From: Bacteroidota bacterium
Lineage (GTDB): Bacteria; Bacteroidota; Bacteroidia; Palsa-948
DNA: 64,000 nucleotides
Direction: 5' to 3'
NCBI GenBank assembly: GCA_003164895.1
Contig: PLUL01000055.1
Coordinates: 2,989 to 66,988, forward strand
The notes beneath the pieces were generated by a model. That model was not told the origin of the DNA. It worked only from the letters and a program-made list of their open reading frames with translations, and searched no databases. Below, piece after piece: positions 19,801 through 28,629 of the stretch. Both the position numbers and the translations under genes were made by a program. The first letter of the stretch is position 1, and every line of letters starts with the position of its first letter.

Positions 19801-22000
19801 CAAAAAAGGCGATAGTGCCTTTGTTTGAAATAGTAAAAATCTCGCTGGAACTGAGATCGCCGGCATAAGGAGAAAGGTGAATATTTCCGGCATCGCAGCC
19901 ACCAACATCAAAAAATGGATATCTTCCATTACTATTGGTGCATCGAGAAGGAAGCGGAATATTAAATTCAAAAATATTTCCTGCCGAATGACCAAAATAA
20001 GAAATAAGAGAAACTCCTGAGTTTATAAGACCTATAAGAGAATCAGCATACGAAGTTTGTGTGGGAGAAGAAGAGTTTTTACAGAACACATGGCCATATC
20101 CTCCAAAACTTGTGTCTTCAATTATCGCGGCAAAATTATTTTCGTCCAGGCAAAATTGCGAATATTGGCTCAGACCTGCACCACCTGCTATAAAAATAGC
20201 TTGCTTCATCCATTCATCTGGACTTGGCGGATTAGATAGCATCGGATGTTCGTAATCTTTTACTTTGGCGAGATACGTATTTACTTCTGCGGTACTCTTT
20301 GCCGAAAGCCGCCCGATGGGAACCGGTGATTCAAGCAGAGTTCCTCTAAGCCCCGACACCAGCATATTATCGCAAGTAGGAACGCTGATAGATGGAACAA
20401 ATGTGATGGCATAATTTTGTCCTGTAGGATCGGAAAATTTATTTCTGGTTTGATCGGGCTCTACGGATTTTCCGATGAGAAAAAGATTTTGCGGAGGTGA
20501 AGGAAAATTTTGAAAACAATAATCCACAAAATGGCGAATGGAGAACGGAAATTTTGGAATACCGTAACCGAATTCGTCATACAAATCGTTAATGTCAGCT
20601 ACAATAACATTGTGGCTTCCACCCAACGCACTTGCACGGTAATTTTTATACGCATTTACTCCATCATTCGGACCCGAACCCATCAGATTTTTATTTGTAA
20701 TAATAATAAAAGCAGAATCGGCAGCCATGGCAGCGTAGTTTACAAAAGAACCGGTGCCACCCACAGGTTTGATGGAAAGAACATGCAAAAACTGATTTTC
20801 GGATTTCACCACACAAAATTTTTCGCCGGTAGATGAGTTTGGCACATACGAAGTATAAACACCGCTATTGTTTTTGGTAATTGGCACCCGATTATGATCT
20901 GTCAAATCATAAAAGCAGGCGGAAGAAATTGTATCGTTGGTAAAATTATAAAGCGATTGTGGTTGTAAAGAATTTTGCGGAACATAAATTTCAAAATAAT
21001 TTTTGTTTTCCAAATTTGGAGTGTGCGGAAATTTCATGGTAACATACGGAACCGTATTCCAACTGGTGGAAAAACCTCCGGAAAGTGCAGTAATTACTAC
21101 ATCGGTTAAGGTTAAACTAAATGTATTTGCTGGTCGGTAAATTGTTGAATCATGCAAATGATAACCTGTAAAAGTATTATTATCAATAACCGTATAACCA
21201 CTGGCACTGCTGTGGTATTTCACTTCAATAATGTGATCATTATTAGGAAAAGTTTGGTCATTCGATTCGCCCATCACACCAAATGATATTGCAACATTTG
21301 CATTGGGTGTGGAATAAAGATTTGAAGTATTAAAAGTGGCGGTGAAGTTGTTGTTGCTACCATAACTAAATTCTGCACCAGCCCAACCTTCAGCGCCATC
21401 GAACCATGGAAAATTAATATTATTTGAAGTGAATAATCCATCGTAATAAGTTGAATGGTTATCAATAATATTTTGTTTCATGAAATAGGGAGTGATATTT
21501 GGCGAAGCCGGATCAATAGTATCGCCTGCTAAAAGAGTAATCCGTTTGTTATTGGTTAAATTATTCCAGGTTAAAAAATATGCCGAGGTATCGTTAAACA
21601 AACTGTAATACGGATTTGGCTGATGAACACGCGGTGTTTTGTATAAACTTCCATCGTACAAAACCGAATCAAGCGAACCGTCATTTCTTTGTCCGTAAAA
21701 TTCTATATAATCGTTTTTATTAAATATGTTATTGCCATTTTTATCTGCCACATAAACATATTGTTCCTGTCCGCGAAAAAAGATTTGAAAATAACGAGGG
21801 TCAATGGTTGAAAGATTGATGCCTGCGTTTGCAAGTGTGAGCGAATCAAGGCGATAAATTCCGTTTGAGTCAACCAGCATTTTGAAATACTTCTGGGTCC
21901 CGGAAAAATTAATCCACTCGTTCCAATATTTTTGCTGCTGTGCCGAGCAAAAAATGGAACAGAAGAAAATGAAAAAAAGAATAGTAAAAATTCTTTTCAT
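16820..22000 (-). CDS. porU2: T9SS sortase-like C25 (gingipain-family) cysteine peptidase, PorU2 type
   Basis: 1726 aa with signal peptide. 'LYDEFGYG...SIRHF', 'PIGRL', putative catalytic 'YFGHS...GGC', 'LEGDP', 'DKINPLLDVTFDG', C-terminal 'NYPNPFSTSTRFVF...WDG...GVYLYRV'. Confidence 0.8.
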   Translation of the reverse strand: MKRIFTILFFIFFCSIFCSAQQQKYWNEWINFSGTQKYFKMLVDSNGIYRLDSLTLANAGINLSTIDPRYFQIFFRGQEQYVYVADKNGNNIFNKNDYIEFYGQRNDGSLDSVLYDGSLYKTPRVHQPNPYYSLFNDTSAYFLTWNNLTNNKRITLLAGDTIDPASPNITPYFMKQNIIDNHSTYYDGLFTSNNINFPWFDGAEGWAGAEFSYGSNNNFTATFNTSNLYSTPNANVAISFGVMGESNDQTFPNNDHIIEVKYHSSASGYTVIDNNTFTGYHLHDSTIYRPANTFSLTLTDVVITALSGGFSTSWNTVPYVTMKFPHTPNLENKNYFEIYVPQNSLQPQSLYNFTNDTISSACFYDLTDHNRVPITKNNSGVYTSYVPNSSTGEKFCVVKSENQFLHVLSIKPVGGTGSFVNYAAMAADSAFIIITNKNLMGSGPNDGVNAYKNYRASALGGSHNVIVADINDLYDEFGYGIPKFPFSIRHFVDYCFQNFPSPPQNLFLIGKSVEPDQTRNKFSDPTGQNYAITFVPSISVPTCDNMLVSGLRGTLLESPVPIGRLSAKSTAEVNTYLAKVKDYEHPMLSNPPSPDEWMKQAIFIAGGAGLSQYSQFCLDENNFAAIIEDTSFGGYGHVFCKNSSSPTQTSYADSLIGLINSGVSLISYFGHSAGNIFEFNIPLPSRCTNSNGRYPFFDVGGCDAGNIHLSPYAGDLSSSEIFTISNKGTIAFFADAGLGTVPEGEQLLTDLHHEIGNWLYGKSVGKQIQTAFKNVEGNANNPTGTNLMNATVLEMTLEGDPSVIIHSSKLPDYSVTSSSVYFTPSYVSTYQQSFMVNVIVTNLGKAINHPVKTVVKRFFPDGTTSSVSQTLSHIYYKDTLHIPMPVDPVHGPGLNNFSVYVDSGNVIPEIQYQNNSISQNDVSLMIYSGDIIPVYPYKYAIIPNNNVTLKANTANPFAAIATYSFQIDTTDKFNSPLLRTQTVKQSGSVVKWAPVHYPLRDSTVYYWRVRRDTSDYQHYRWRESSFEYIPNQRGWGQSHFFQFLKGDYFQYIDTNRLQRRFDFAKQNHNITVSTLNFTKKGRGNNLGFLISFSEDNIALNYWSYLCAINPTPTHVLVSVIDPITGNVWSNSGNGDYGSYFIGPLSPPIKSFFFKTGTPAEQEILRRFLQDTIPCGSKVILYTCDNNNLGDLLGGNSPNTNPGLVQAFQSIGGTQFPNIQNNLPYILIGRKCGHAIEKIAGSDTSMIVLSDTFGVRRSNGIIFSETVGPASKWNSFHWKYLSDAYDTMTVSIVGIRNNGTTDTLMRNITKNTWDIYGLNTTINADSFPNLQLLGYAKDRTKKTPPQLKKWQLYYVGVPEVSLNPVKHYSFHNPTLQQGDSVKLSIAVENIGDYTVDSLWFDSWILDANRHTFPSPPSPHISKQLVKFSKPLLVDSFAIATTTFVTTSLPQGVNSVWIEANGYNSNSHHQPEEYHFNNIGTVPFTLNVDKINPLLDVTFDGVHIMNGDIVSAKPDILITVKDENTFLALNDPSAFNIYLKRPNKSTYDTLQFNSTSQLTFQPAVLPKNSCKIIYLPALTVDGTYQLQVQAKDRSGNVSGSNTYQISFEVINKPSITNVLNYPNPFSTSTRFVFTLTGSAVPDYFKIQIMTITGKIVKEIDKFEMGPLHIGKNITDYAWDGKDMFGDRLAIGVYLYRVVTQLNGKSLDHFDSNADSFFTQGFGKMYLIR

Positions 22001-22006
22001 TTAAAA

Positions 22007-23128
22007 TTATTTTGTCTGCTTGTTGATATCCAATCTCAAGGAAAAAATATTTGAATATAGCGCAATGGAAGCACCGCCAATGTTCGTTCGAGAATAATCA
22101 ATGCTGATACGTTTAATTTTTAAACCGATTCCGAAATTTGGTTCCATCGTCCAAATTGGCTTTCCTGTAACATCGCTTTCCTGCTGTATGTTCATCACGC
22201 CCATTCGAATAAAGGCAAGTCCTTTGTAACCAAATTCAAACCCAACGTGAGGATCAGCACTAACCACACTACTTTTGAAAACAACATTTCGCATTCCGTC
22301 AAAAGTAAAATCTACATTCGCTTCCGTCAGCATGGTGAGGTCTTTCATCAAATTAATTTTTCTTGCCGCGCCAAGTATCAGAGTGGGCATAGTAATTTCA
22401 AGCGAGTTTGTCGGGATTGCATTTCCAGTTGCTGCAAAAACATCTTTCATATCTTGTGATAGACTGTAACTCCACGCGTTAAACGTGGTGCTAACATCTC
22501 GTGCCATCGCTCCGAACCTCCATCCTTTGTAATCGTATTGCGCTCCGGCATCCAATCCAAATCCCCAAGCACTGGCAAAATCTCCCACAACCCGATGAAT
22601 TACTTTTGCGTTTGCACCAAGTTTAAGTCCTTTAATTTTTGGTGCTCGAGCATAAGAAATGATGAAGCCATAATCTGCTGCCGAAAACTGAGTGATGTTA
22701 TCATAATTTACATTTCCGGATGCATCAATTAGCTGGGTTGTGTTTGGAATATTATCCACGCCAAATCGGATTACGCTCAGCGCGATTACGCTGCTGCTGT
22801 CTAATCTTCGGGCAATAGCACCGTAATCATACTTTGCAATTCCGGCAAAATATTCTGCATGCATTAAGCCGACTTGCATATCGTTTTTTATTCCAAGCAA
22901 ACCAGCCGGATTCCAGTAAGCTGCAGTTACATCATCCACCGAAGCAACGCAGGCATTCGACATTCCAAATGCCCGTCCGCCTACACCAATAGATAAAAAT
23001 GCATTGCTATAAATTGGTGCCTGCGCAAAGGAGTTGGCAGTCGGCAAAAAGCAGTTGGCAAAAAAAATTACAATAGAAACTGCAAACTGTAAACTGCAAA
23101 TTGCAAACTTGCTGTTGGTTTTTTTCAT
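22007..23128 (-). CDS. porV2: PorV/PorQ-family beta-barrel, PorV2 type
   Basis: 'YSNAFLSIGVGGRAFGMSNA..ASVDDVTAAYWNPAGL', 'HAEYFAGIAKYD', C-terminal 'YSNIFSL'. Lies 6 bp upstream of the PorU2-like gene. Confidence 0.82.
   Translation of the reverse strand: MKKTNSKFAICSLQFAVSIVIFFANCFLPTANSFAQAPIYSNAFLSIGVGGRAFGMSNACVASVDDVTAAYWNPAGLLGIKNDMQVGLMHAEYFAGIAKYDYGAIARRLDSSSVIALSVIRFGVDNIPNTTQLIDASGNVNYDNITQFSAADYGFIISYARAPKIKGLKLGANAKVIHRVVGDFASAWGFGLDAGAQYDYKGWRFGAMARDVSTTFNAWSYSLSQDMKDVFAATGNAIPTNSLEITMPTLILGAARKINLMKDLTMLTEANVDFTFDGMRNVVFKSSVVSADPHVGFEFGYKGLAFIRMGVMNIQQESDVTGKPIWTMEPNFGIGLKIKRISIDYSRTNIGGASIALYSNIFSLRLDINKQTK
23032..23112. repeat. Inverted pair of 7-nt arrays inside the PorV2 signal peptide
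   Basis: agttggc agtcggc aaaaagc agttggc ... aaactgc aaactgt aaactgc aaattgc aaacttgc; encodes SKFAICSLQFAVS...ANCFLPTAN. Confidence 0.85.
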
Positions 23129-23228
23129 GCTGAAGTAAAGATAAAATTTATTTCGAGAAATACTTACTCATTGTAACCTATTTTCGACCAATTTATTGTG
23201 AATCCATTCGTTTTTTTTTATCTATCCG

Positions 23229-24878
23229 CTATAGGTTTACTTCTTTCCATTTGTCTCCAGCAACATAAAGAATAGTTGCACCAACTGGAATTTTGTCCTT
23301 AAATGTTAAAACATAAGAAGATAATTCATGATTAAAAACCACAGAATAACTTTCTGTTTCGTATGACTTTGCCCATATTCCATCTCTAAGAAATGTTTTC
23401 TGAATATTTGGAGATGAAACAATAAAGGAATTTGAACTGGAGTGCGTGACAGATAAGGAATCTGTTGCGCCTGCCATATAATACTCTGCAATAATCTTTG
23501 GAGTAGTAATTTTTTTATGATACTTGAAATATATAGTTTCCTCAAAACCGTTTCTGAAAGTAACAACCCAATTAAAATTATCGGGCATGTTCAAAATATA
23601 AACATTTGGCTTTGACAAGCAGGGCTCAAAATTACTGACTAATTGTTTTGAATAATTGCTTGCATCAACCCAGGTTTGGATAGTGCTCGAAAGCAATACA
23701 AAAGAAAGTGCCGTTACTCCAATCATACAAATGAATCCCAATTTTTTTAGAAAATAATAAAGCAAAAAACATAATAAAGGATAAAAAAACACAGAAGGAA
23801 AATATCCATATCTGTCAGAATGAATTGCGTTAATAAATGTGGCGTCTAAATTTATGACTGGTATTAAAGAAGCAAGAAAGGAAAAAAAAGTAAAAAATAT
23901 CAGGTTGCGGAAAGGATTTTTTTTTCTCAACACAATAAAAATAATCGCTCCAACAGCAAGTGCAAATAGAGTAAAAAGTATACAAAAAAAATACAAATCA
24001 TTAATATGAAGGTGCCAGTAATTATAAATAAAATCTTTTGTTTCCAAAGGGAAAAAGCGATAGAAGCAAAAAAACTTTGCGCAATATTTTATAAGAGCAA
24101 CTGCGACAAGCGTAAAGGAAATTTTTAGATGTATTGCAGACCCATAATGACCCACCCATTGTCCGGAATAAAATTTATTAGCCAAGAAATAAAGAAAAAT
24201 AATAATAAGCTGCGGTAGTATGGCTAAAGAACAAAATTTGAAAAACGAAATTAATTTTCCGAAGAACTGAATAAAAAATATATATAGTAAAAAACAGATG
24301 ACAGGCATCACAATAGTAGATTCAAATGATAATAGAGAAGCTACAAAAGCAATATGTAAGAAAATTAAATATTGTTTTCGAGTGGTTTTTAAATAATAAA
24401 TAAGAGATAATATGCCTATTAAGCCAAAACAAACTGCATATAGGTAACCAAAAGACCAAAGCACCGCTTCTGTTTGGTAGGGTGAAAACAAAAAAAGCAA
24501 GCAAGAAAAAAGTGATAATAATTTATTTTTTTCAAAAACAATGGGTTGACTTAATTCTATAATTATTTTATAAATAAGAAATGCATTAAACCCATGTACG
24601 AGCACGGACAACCCCACCCATCCTATGCTACTCGCTCCAAAAATTTTGAACAGAAACAGGAATATGAGATGAGTAAAAAAATGCTGAACACCAGATTCAA
24701 AAAAATTATACTGCCAAGCGTTGAATCCATATTTTTCAAAACGATATAGTGTGGGATAAAAATCCGTAGGAACCAAAATATCGAACGTATTTCTATAAGC
24801 AATGAAAGAACATGCTATCAGCAGGAAAAAAACAACAATGTTATTTTTATTTTCTCGAATGGTTTTTGAAATGTTCAT
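23229..24878 (-). CDS. Polytopic membrane protein, GT-C-fold glycosyltransferase-like
   Basis: Many TM segments. 'PTDF' in the first loop, 'HGFNAFL', 'LFLFSPYQTEAVLW', 'DRYGYFPS' resemble TMTC/ArnT/PMT-like motifs. Very AT-rich. Confidence 0.6.
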   Translation of the reverse strand: MNISKTIRENKNNIVVFFLLIACSFIAYRNTFDILVPTDFYPTLYRFEKYGFNAWQYNFFESGVQHFFTHLIFLFLFKIFGASSIGWVGLSVLVHGFNAFLIYKIIIELSQPIVFEKNKLLSLFSCLLFLFSPYQTEAVLWSFGYLYAVCFGLIGILSLIYYLKTTRKQYLIFLHIAFVASLLSFESTIVMPVICFLLYIFFIQFFGKLISFFKFCSLAILPQLIIIFLYFLANKFYSGQWVGHYGSAIHLKISFTLVAVALIKYCAKFFCFYRFFPLETKDFIYNYWHLHINDLYFFCILFTLFALAVGAIIFIVLRKKNPFRNLIFFTFFSFLASLIPVINLDATFINAIHSDRYGYFPSVFFYPLLCFLLYYFLKKLGFICMIGVTALSFVLLSSTIQTWVDASNYSKQLVSNFEPCLSKPNVYILNMPDNFNWVVTFRNGFEETIYFKYHKKITTPKIIAEYYMAGATDSLSVTHSSSNSFIVSSPNIQKTFLRDGIWAKSYETESYSVVFNHELSSYVLTFKDKIPVGATILYVAGDKWKEVNL

Positions 24879-24955
24879 TACTTTCGCAGAGTTCTTTGCA
24901 AAAATAACTAAAGATGAAAGTAAAGGATGGTTATTTTTGTCGGCAACCTATAAAC

Positions 24956-25705
24956 GTGAATTTTAAGAAAAACATTCCCAATTTTTTTACGCTTTGCAAT
25001 TTGCTTTGCGGATGCATTACGTTAGTTTTTGCCTTTGAAGGAAATTTAGTTTGGAGCGCATACATGGTTGGAATTTCATGTGTGTTTGATTTCATTGACG
25101 GTTTTGCTGCGCGTATGCTGAAGGTTCATTCCGAAATCGGTAAGCAATTGGATTCACTGGCGGATATGGTGAGTTTTGGAGTGGTGCCGGGGGTGATGAT
25201 GTATTATTTTTTAAGAGCTTCAATGGTAATGAGTATGGGAAACCCTTCGGATGCAAATACTTTTTCAAGTAATGCAATACTTGTTTTCCCATATTTTGGA
25301 TTTTTGATAACAATTTTTTCTGCAATTCGCCTTGCAAAATTTAATATTGACACTCGTCAATCCGATTCTTTTATTGGAGTTCCTACTCCAGCAAATACAA
25401 TTTTTATTGCATTTCTTCCTATTGCGTTGGATAAAGTAAAAGGGGACCTTTTGCATTTTGTGTTAAACCCATTTTTCTTAGTTGGTATAGTTGTTATTTC
25501 TTCTTTCCTGCTCGTAGCTCCGCTTCCACTCTTCGCACTCAAGTTCAAAAACTTTTCTTGGGTAGCGAATAAAATACGCTTCATTTTTCTTGCACTCTCG
25601 TTATTGTTGTTGATCGTATTTCAGTTTGTAGGTATTCCTTTAATTATAATTTTGTACATAGTTCTCTCGATAATAAATAATCTTGTAATAAAAAAATCGG
25701 TGTAA
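24956..25705 (+). CDS. pssA: CDP-diacylglycerol--serine O-phosphatidyltransferase (CDP-alcohol phosphatidyltransferase family)
   Basis: 'IPNFFTLCNLLCG', 'DFIDGFAAR...GKQLDSLADMVSFGVVP', 'RLAKFN', 'FIGVPTP'. GTG start at 24956 inferred. Confidence 0.85.
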   Translation: MNFKKNIPNFFTLCNLLCGCITLVFAFEGNLVWSAYMVGISCVFDFIDGFAARMLKVHSEIGKQLDSLADMVSFGVVPGVMMYYFLRASMVMSMGNPSDANTFSSNAILVFPYFGFLITIFSAIRLAKFNIDTRQSDSFIGVPTPANTIFIAFLPIALDKVKGDLLHFVLNPFFLVGIVVISSFLLVAPLPLFALKFKNFSWVANKIRFIFLALSLLLLIVFQFVGIPLIIILYIVLSIINNLVIKKSV

Positions 25706-25727
25706 TCTTTTTCTAATCTGTGTAATC
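25695..25727 (+). repeat. Half element: two AATCKGTGTAATC units at 20-bp period
   Basis: aatcggtgtaatc 25695-25707 (contains the pssA TAA) and aatctgtgtaatc 25715-25727. Confidence 0.85.
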
Positions 25728-25731
25728 ACCT

Positions 25732-25986
25732 ATGAAGTTTAAAGCAGAAATTAATGTAATGCCTCTCAAGGCGCTCCTCGATCCGCAGGGAAAAGCTGTA
25801 ACCGGAAGCATGAAAAATATTGGGTTGCCCGAAATAACAAACGTGCGTATCGGCAAACACATTTCAATTGAAATTGAAGCTGCCAGCAAAGAAGCAGCTC
25901 AGAAAAAAGCGGAAGAATCCTGCAAAAAACTTCTTGCCAATCCTATCATGGAATTCTTCGAGATTTCAATAGAGGAAAGTAAATAA
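25732..25986 (+). CDS. purS: Phosphoribosylformylglycinamidine synthase subunit PurS
   Basis: 'LLDPQGKAV', 'VRIGK', 'KLLANPIME'. Confidence 0.95.
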   Translation: MKFKAEINVMPLKALLDPQGKAVTGSMKNIGLPEITNVRIGKHISIEIEAASKEAAQKKAEESCKKLLANPIMEFFEISIEESK

Positions 25987-25994
25987 TTGTTGAG

Positions 25995-27791
25995 TTAGTC
26001 AAGCTTCAGTACCGCCACAAACGCGCTCTGAGGAATTTCAACATTGCCGATCTGTTTCATTTTCTTTTTTCCTTCTTTTTGTTTTTCCAGAAGTTTGCGC
26101 TTACGTGAAATATCTCCGCCATAACATTTTGCGGTAACATCTTTTCTCATAGCAGAAATAGTTTCGCGTGCAACAATTTTTGCACCGATGGCAGCTTGTA
26201 TCGCAATTTGGAATTGTTGTTTAGGAATCAATTCTTTTAATTTTTCGCAAATCTTTCTGCCGAATTCGTGTGCCCGCGCTCGATGGATGAGTGAAGAAAG
26301 TGCGTCCACCTGATCACCGTTCACCAGAATATCCAACTTCACCAAATCCGATTCGCGGAAATCAAAAGCATGATAATCGAATGAAGCATATCCTTTAGAA
26401 ATACTTTTCAGTTTGTCGTAAAAATCAAAAATCACTTCGCCCAGCGGAAGTTCAAAAGTAAGTTCCACGCGGTCGGTTGTGAGGTAAACCTGGTTTTTAA
26501 AAATGCCGCGTTTGTCCATACAAAGATTCATAATGCTGCCTACAAATTCCGCTTTTGTAATAATGTTTGCAAGGATGATTGGCTCTTCCACTTTTTGCAT
26601 TCTCGTTGGATCAGGCATTTCGGAAGGATTGTTCATCACTTTCATCTCGCCTTTTGTATCGTACACTCGGTAGCTTACGTTCGGCACCGTGGTAATTACG
26701 TTCATGTTGAACTCACGATCCAATCGTTCCTGAATAATTTCCATGTGAAGCAATCCCAAAAATCCGCAGCGGAAACCAAATCCGAGTGCGGCAGAAGATT
26801 CAGGTTCCCATGTCAACGAAGCGTCGTTGAGTTGTAATTTTTCCATTGCTTCGCGGAGCTCGGCAAAATCATCGGTGCTCACAGGATAAATTCCTGCGAA
26901 TACCATCGGCTTCACATCTTCAAAACCCTGAATGCGTTCTGCTGGATTTGAAACGAGTGTGATCGTATCCCCAACTTTTACTTCGCTTGCTTTTTTAATT
27001 CCGGAAATAATATATCCTACGTTTCCTGTTTCAACAATATCTTTTGGAGATTGTTTCATTTTCAGAATTCCAATTTCATCGGCATTATATTCATGTCCAG
27101 TTGACAGAAATTTTATTTTGTCTCCTTTTTTTAATTCTCCGTTGAAGATGCGGAAGTACGCCACAATTCCTCTGAAGGAATTGAACATGGAATCGAAAAT
27201 AAGTGCTTGCAATGGTTGCGTAGAATCTCCTTTTGGTGCAGGAATTTTTTCAATGATTGCATTCAGAACTTCGTCCATTCCCATTCCGGTTTTTCCGCTG
27301 GCTCTTAAAATATCTTCGCGCTTGCAACCGATGATATCCACCATCTGATCAGAAACATCGTCCGGTTTTGCCGATTCCATATCGCATTTGTTCAACACAG
27401 GAATAATTTCCAAATTGTTGTTCAACGCGAGATAAAGATTTGAAATTGTTTGCGCCTGAATTCCCTGCGATGCATCCACCAACAGCAAAGCACCTTCGCA
27501 GGCAGCAATCGCACGCGAAACTTCGTAAGAAAAATCCACATGACCGGGAGTGTCGATCAGGTTGAGATAATATTTTTCTCCTTTATGAATATATTCCATC
27601 TGGATCGCATGGCTCTTGATGGTGATGCCGCGTTCGCGCTCAATATCCATGTCGTCCAGAACCTGCGCCATCATGTCGCGTTTGAGTACGGTTTGAGTGA
27701 TCTCAAGCAAACGGTCAGCCAGCGTACTCTTACCGTGATCGATGTGTGCGATGATGCAGAAGTTTCGAATATTTTTTAACGGGATTGACAT
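25995..27791 (-). CDS. lepA: Elongation factor 4
   Basis: '[20 protein letters not shown]', 'DTPGHVDF', '[11 protein letters not shown]', '[14 protein letters not shown]'. Confidence 0.98.
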   Translation of the reverse strand: MSIPLKNIRNFCIIAHIDHGKSTLADRLLEITQTVLKRDMMAQVLDDMDIERERGITIKSHAIQMEYIHKGEKYYLNLIDTPGHVDFSYEVSRAIAACEGALLLVDASQGIQAQTISNLYLALNNNLEIIPVLNKCDMESAKPDDVSDQMVDIIGCKREDILRASGKTGMGMDEVLNAIIEKIPAPKGDSTQPLQALIFDSMFNSFRGIVAYFRIFNGELKKGDKIKFLSTGHEYNADEIGILKMKQSPKDIVETGNVGYIISGIKKASEVKVGDTITLVSNPAERIQGFEDVKPMVFAGIYPVSTDDFAELREAMEKLQLNDASLTWEPESSAALGFGFRCGFLGLLHMEIIQERLDREFNMNVITTVPNVSYRVYDTKGEMKVMNNPSEMPDPTRMQKVEEPIILANIITKAEFVGSIMNLCMDKRGIFKNQVYLTTDRVELTFELPLGEVIFDFYDKLKSISKGYASFDYHAFDFRESDLVKLDILVNGDQVDALSSLIHRARAHEFGRKICEKLKELIPKQQFQIAIQAAIGAKIVARETISAMRKDVTAKCYGGDISRKRKLLEKQKEGKKKMKQIGNVEIPQSAFVAVLKLD

Positions 27792-27882
27792 AAGAGTTGC
27801 GAAGGTAACTAAAAAGAAGAATAGAGGAAATACGATTATAAAATTTTACAGAACAAATAAAAATATTCATCTTTGTATTGCA

Positions 27883-28629
27883 ATGAAAGCACTTTTTTTT
27901 GGCGGATGTCTTCTTACAACAAAAACAGTTGCAAAAGATAAAAGATTCATCAATGTATTACTTTCAAGAAATGCTGAGTTGAAAATTGATTTAGCTCGTT
28001 ATGCTTCTTTTTCATTGGTCGAAGAAATATTTTTATCTCATCTTTCAATTGAATTTCCTGATAGTGTAGTGTTTTTGATTCGACCATTTCCTTTTTGTAT
28101 TCTCACCAAGTTACTTCCAAGAATTCCAAAGATAGGTGGTGGTGTAGAGGTGAAAGTTCATCCGGGATTATTTTCCAAAGAAAAAACAGAATGGTTTTTA
28201 GAAAATGACAAACTGATTGTGGAGATGGACTGGAATCCTAATGGAACAAAAAGGTCTCTTACACATTCAATGAATTTATTTCTCGGTAGGATTTTTGGCT
28301 TGGACAAATGGGCAATAAATTATGTGAAACAGAAACTTTTATTGTTGCATCAATTGTGCATTCAGAAAAACATTCGTTTTATTGTTATGGGACCACCGGC
28401 TGTGTCCAATGACAAACAAGAAAGAAAACTATTAATAAATCTGAATCGCGAGTTGATGTCGTGTTTTGAGAAAGAAAAAATTAATTATGTGAATTTGTTT
28501 TCGGCAGATTTTCCTGAAAGCCTGTTAGGACCTGATAAAGTCCATTATAGTGATAATGGACATTTCCAGCTGGCAAAAAAAATAGAAGAAAAAATAATTA
28601 CACCTCCCTTTGCAGAAGTGCAGAAGTGA
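27883..28629 (+). CDS. SGNH/GDSL-like hydrolase, atypical
   Basis: N-terminal 'ALFFGGC' at the block I position, C-terminal 'GPDKVHYSDNGH' (DxxH). Start at ATG 27883 after CATCTTTG. 3' end overlaps the convergent gene by 32 bp. Confidence 0.6.
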   Translation: MKALFFGGCLLTTKTVAKDKRFINVLLSRNAELKIDLARYASFSLVEEIFLSHLSIEFPDSVVFLIRPFPFCILTKLLPRIPKIGGGVEVKVHPGLFSKEKTEWFLENDKLIVEMDWNPNGTKRSLTHSMNLFLGRIFGLDKWAINYVKQKLLLLHQLCIQKNIRFIVMGPPAVSNDKQERKLLINLNRELMSCFEKEKINYVNLFSADFPESLLGPDKVHYSDNGHFQLAKKIEEKIITPPFAEVQK

